From NCBI GenBank assembly GCA_963779415.1, contig CAVZYA010000002.1, positions 736,001-800,000 on the forward strand: a stretch of DNA of 64,000 nucleotides, given 5' to 3'. Positions within the stretch are counted from its first letter, which is position 1. The number at the start of each line of letters is the position of its first letter. The notes beneath the pieces are model-generated. The model saw only the letters and a list, made by a program, of their open reading frames with translations. It did no database searches and was not told where the DNA came from. This DNA comes from an uncultured Acidobacteriota bacterium. Lineage in GTDB: Bacteria; Acidobacteriota; Thermoanaerobaculia; UBA5066. The position numbers were made by a program, and so were the translations under genes. This document shows positions 60,764-64,000 of the stretch, in pieces.

Positions 60764-62100
60764 TAGACCGGAATCCCTGCCGCCACGACGCCGAGGACGG
60801 CGATCGTGCTCCAGCGGCTTCCCGGATCCGCGATGGCGTTCCCGAGAAGCAGGAGCACCGACGCGAGGAAGAGGAGCGGCACCCACGGGTAGAGCGGGAC
60901 CCGGAACGAGGGGGCGTAGCCGGGCTTCTTCCGGAGCCGGAAGATGGAGGCGACCGAGAGCGCGTAGAACGGGAGGAAGGCCGTCACGAAGGCGTCGGCA
61001 AGCTGCTCGAAGCTCCGGAGGAGGACGAAGACGATTCCCAGGGCGGCGGTCATCGTGATGGAGACCCACGGCGTTCCGAATCTCGGGTGGACGCGCGCGA
61101 CGGAGCGGAAGAAGAGCCCGTCGTCGGCCATCGCGAAGAAGACGCGCGGGCTCGTGAAGAGGACGGTGTTGAGAGTCCCGAAGGTCGAGACCATCACCGT
61201 CACCGAGACGAACGCCGCGCCCCACCCGCCGAGGACGCGCTCTGCGACGTCGGCGGCGACGAGCTTCGAGACCCGGATCTGTTCGACGGGGAGGACGGCG
61301 AGGTAGGCGAGGTTCGCGGCGAGGTAGATCGCGACGACGAGGAGCGTCCCGCCGACGAGGGCGCGCGGGAGGTTCCGCGCCGGGTCCTTCACCTCTCCCG
61401 CGTTGTACGCGAGGTCGGCCCATCCGTCGAACGCCCAGAGGGTCGAGACGAGGGCGAGACCGAACGCGGCGAGGGTGAAGCTCCCGGCGGGGACGGCCGG
61501 CGTGAAATGCCCTCCGGTCTGCGGCAGGCCCAGCGCGAAGGCGACGAGGACGATGAAGACGAGACCGCCGTACTTGGCGAGGACGGTCACGTTGCTCACG
61601 GCAGCCGAGAGCGAGACGCCGACGATGTTGAAGAGGCCGGTGAGGCCGATGGCGACGGCGGCCACGATGCGGACCGTCTGGACGTGATCCGGGGACTGGG
61701 GGTTGAAGCCCAGAACCCGGAAGAGGTACTCGGCGAAGGTGATCGAGATGGCGCCGAGAGAGGCGGCGCGGATCATCGAGAACTGGCCCCACCCGAAGAG
61801 GAACCCGGCGAGTCGCCCCCAGCCATCCCGGCAGAAGACGTACATCCCCCCCGTCTTCGGGAGCGCGCTCGCGACCTCGGCGAGCGTCAGCGCCCCGCAG
61901 AGGGCGAAGATCCCTCCCGCGGTCCAGACGGCGAGCATCGGAAGCGGCCCGGGGAGCTTGTCGGCGATCCCGGCGGGGGAGCGGAAGATTCCCGAGCCGA
62001 TCGTCGAGCCGATGACGACGGCGACGGCGCTCCAGAGGCCGAGCCGCCGCGCCAGCTCCGTGTGCCCGGCGCCTCCCGCGGACGGCCTCTCTTCGGACAT
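60736..62100 (-). CDS. APC-family amino acid permease (LAT/SteT-like)
   Basis: IGSTIGSGIF, AEVAS..PKTGG.Y, WAFDGW, EVKDP.RNLP, PRVFFAMA. Confidence 0.92.
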   Translation of the reverse strand: MSEERPSAGGAGHTELARRLGLWSAVAVVIGSTIGSGIFRSPAGIADKLPGPLPMLAVWTAGGIFALCGALTLAEVASALPKTGGMYVFCRDGWGRLAGFLFGWGQFSMIRAASLGAISITFAEYLFRVLGFNPQSPDHVQTVRIVAAVAIGLTGLFNIVGVSLSAAVSNVTVLAKYGGLVFIVLVAFALGLPQTGGHFTPAVPAGSFTLAAFGLALVSTLWAFDGWADLAYNAGEVKDPARNLPRALVGGTLLVVAIYLAANLAYLAVLPVEQIRVSKLVAADVAERVLGGWGAAFVSVTVMVSTFGTLNTVLFTSPRVFFAMADDGLFFRSVARVHPRFGTPWVSITMTAALGIVFVLLRSFEQLADAFVTAFLPFYALSVASIFRLRKKPGYAPSFRVPLYPWVPLLFLASVLLLLGNAIADPGSRWSTIAVLGVVAAGIPVYYLTVGKTS

Positions 62101-62165
62101 CTGGCGCGAAGGATACCGTGAGGACCTTCAGGTTCGCTCGGAATCCGCGAAAAGCGGTGCGACCT

Positions 62166-63557
62166 CTATTCGGATCGAATCAGCCGCCCTCGCCGACCCC
62201 AGCACCGCGATCCGCTGGGCGTCTTGTGGGCGCGCAGTGCCGAGTCGTTCTTCGAGTGGCGTAGGGACTTGTGGCACGTCATACATTCGAAGACGTAAAC
62301 GCGGTTGTTCCCCGTGCGTGCGCGCGAGCTCCCGCGTACACCCCAGCCGCCTGATGGCCGGACGATTGGCGGTGCGCTGATGGCACCTGCGGGACTGAAC
62401 TCGATTCTGTAGCGGGGCTTGAAGGGAACCGTCGTGACTCTAAGATCCGAGATCCCGCGAACATTGAACCTCTTGATATGCGTTGATCCGACCTCCCATG
62501 CGTACAGATGGAGGTCCCCGCACTGCGCCCGCCGAAGCGAGTAAGGTTCCGCCCGACGAAGGCGCCCCTTGTAAGTGAACTCGATGAGAAGACGATTGAT
62601 CCCAGCATACCGTGCTGATTCGAGAGGTATACCCAGTCCCCAGTACGTCACGCCAGCAGGGGATTCGACCTTTTCACCGGATAGCGCGATTGCCGGGATG
62701 GCTGGGACGGCTAGTCCGCCTTCGTCGATCCAGCGCAACGCGGCTTCGAGACGGGAAAGGTATCCCTCGAAAGGCGGGAGGCTCGGAAGCTGCTGCCCGA
62801 GCATGTTCTCCCACTCGGACCTCAGCTCCACTGCCGACCGGGCGACGGCCAGTAGTTCACTGGAAGATGGAGGAGCCAGGCTTTTCACCTCACACTTCCC
62901 ACGGAAGAGGCCTCGGGCTTCGTCCAAGTCGAAATCGCCCGTCCTACTCTCAAGAAGGAAGACGACGTCGTAGAGGTCACGTGGGCGCGTTCGCTCGAGA
63001 AGTGCCCGCGTTTTCTCCGCGAGCAGCTCTTCGAGGTAGTAGGACCGCACGGTAGTGCCATCCGGAAGCTGATCGGGATACGGGTGGAAGACGGGGCGGC
63101 TCTCGGGTTCGCCGAGTACGGGCTCATGGCGCGTGAGGTCGAAGAGGATTCTCGGCGTACTGACGATTCCGAGCGGGCCCCGATACCCGATCCTCCCCAG
63201 AAACGTTTCGCGTTCGAGCTTGTCTCTTCGGGCTCGAACGGTCACCGTTTCCTGCGGGAAGGTTATGCCGCTCAGTTCACCAGCGATCTCGACGACCTCG
63301 TCGAGGATCTTCTTGAGGCTGTCGGCGTTGTAGGCCGACTCGGGAAGGAGAGTGAAGTCGAGATCCTCCGAGAACCGGTACGTTTCGAAGTAGCACTTCT
63401 TCAGGCACGTTCCACCTTTGAAGATCCAGTTTGCTGAAGTCTCGGAATGCTGCGCGATGGCGGCGAGTACCCAGCCGAGTACGTAGTCCTTCTCGATGAC
63501 GGCGGCTGTGAGCTGCCACTCCTGAACGCGGTCGAGGATGTCCTGCTTGCCGATCAT
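62166..63557 (-). CDS. AbiEii nucleotidyltransferase toxin (type IV TA) with C-terminal WYL-like domain and Zn finger
   Basis: IEKDY, FKGGTCLKK, RFSEDLDF, AEK..LERTRPRDLYD; IEFTY..RRAEPYSL..LYAW..IKRFNVRGI; CMTC..H..C. Confidence 0.85.
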   Translation of the reverse strand: MIGKQDILDRVQEWQLTAAVIEKDYVLGWVLAAIAQHSETSANWIFKGGTCLKKCYFETYRFSEDLDFTLLPESAYNADSLKKILDEVVEIAGELSGITFPQETVTVRARRDKLERETFLGRIGYRGPLGIVSTPRILFDLTRHEPVLGEPESRPVFHPYPDQLPDGTTVRSYYLEELLAEKTRALLERTRPRDLYDVVFLLESRTGDFDLDEARGLFRGKCEVKSLAPPSSSELLAVARSAVELRSEWENMLGQQLPSLPPFEGYLSRLEAALRWIDEGGLAVPAIPAIALSGEKVESPAGVTYWGLGIPLESARYAGINRLLIEFTYKGRLRRAEPYSLRRAQCGDLHLYAWEVGSTHIKRFNVRGISDLRVTTVPFKPRYRIEFSPAGAISAPPIVRPSGGWGVRGSSRARTGNNRVYVFECMTCHKSLRHSKNDSALRAHKTPSGSRCWGRRGRLIRSE

Positions 63558-64000
63558 GTGTCAGCCGGAGATGCGTCGAGCCGGACATTCACCCAGAGGC
63601 CCCAGCGTTTCGTGAGCCGGCCACGCCCTTCGACGGCCGGGTCGAGTTTCACGACTCCGGCCGAGCGCCGAGCGAGGGCCGCATCGACGAGTACCGGCTC
63701 GGCAGGGAGAGCGGTTTCCGCGAGGTAACCGAGGCGCTTGAATGCAGCCCCGGACTCGACCTCTGCGACCCGCTCGAGAAGCCGGTGTGGATTCCACTCC
63801 TTCGCAGAGCGGTACGAGCGGAGCATCTGGGTGAGGTGGCGGATTCCCCCGACCCATGAAGGTGACGCAAGAGCGTCCGCGATTGTTCGCTCGCGGTCGA
63901 AACGGAAACCCGTTCCTGCCGCGCAGATCGGGCGCACGGTGGAAACGCGGCTCTTCTTCGCCCGGACGAGGTGAAACTCGGTCCTACGAACGTCTCTGTC
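63554..64000 (-). CDS. AbiEi-family antitoxin (5' part outside window)
   Basis: DRERTIAD..P...GGIRH, KRLGYLAE, KLDP, KRWGLWVN; stop overlaps the AbiEii start (ATGA). Confidence 0.8.
   Translation of the reverse strand, partial: DRDVRRTEFHLVRAKKSRVSTVRPICAAGTGFRFDRERTIADALASPSWVGGIRHLTQMLRSYRSAKEWNPHRLLERVAEVESGAAFKRLGYLAETALPAEPVLVDAALARRSAGVVKLDPAVEGRGRLTKRWGLWVNVRLDASPADT

Overview
Very GC-rich bacterial DNA, probably Acidobacteriota (inferred from gene content). Several genes carry small indels that look like long-read assembly errors. About 1-33 kb is mostly housekeeping and envelope genes (nfo, PASTA protein, rpe, bamD, tatA, cyclophilin, rlmN, pgeF, ettA, peptidases), plus a Tes/GDGT-MAS-like radical SAM and a TIGR03960-like B12 radical SAM. 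About 33.8-62 kb is a dispersed peptidoglycan/amino-sugar recycling region (NlpC/P60-beta-lactamase-fold fusion, Tat-exported dipeptide epimerase, NagX-like protein, murK-murQ-nagA, TonB-dependent receptor, APC permease). The main finding lies inside it, at 42.1-50.6 kb. A membrane-fusion protein, a sensor-less PrsK-like kinase and a PrsR-like sigma54 activator precede a palindromic enhancer and a sigma54 promoter. These sit upstream of a 143-aa peptide made of a ~35-aa leader plus 17 hexapeptide units (QAAPRG, then 16 x AAAPRG). Convergent on it is an operon of STAS, triple-GAF-MFP and RRE-site-2-protease-MFP genes. I infer an ABC-less, protease-coupled peptide export or RiPP-like system. The window ends in a less GC-rich AbiEi/AbiEii module whose toxin is fused to a WYL-like domain and a zinc finger. 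I saw no rRNA, tRNA or CRISPR array.
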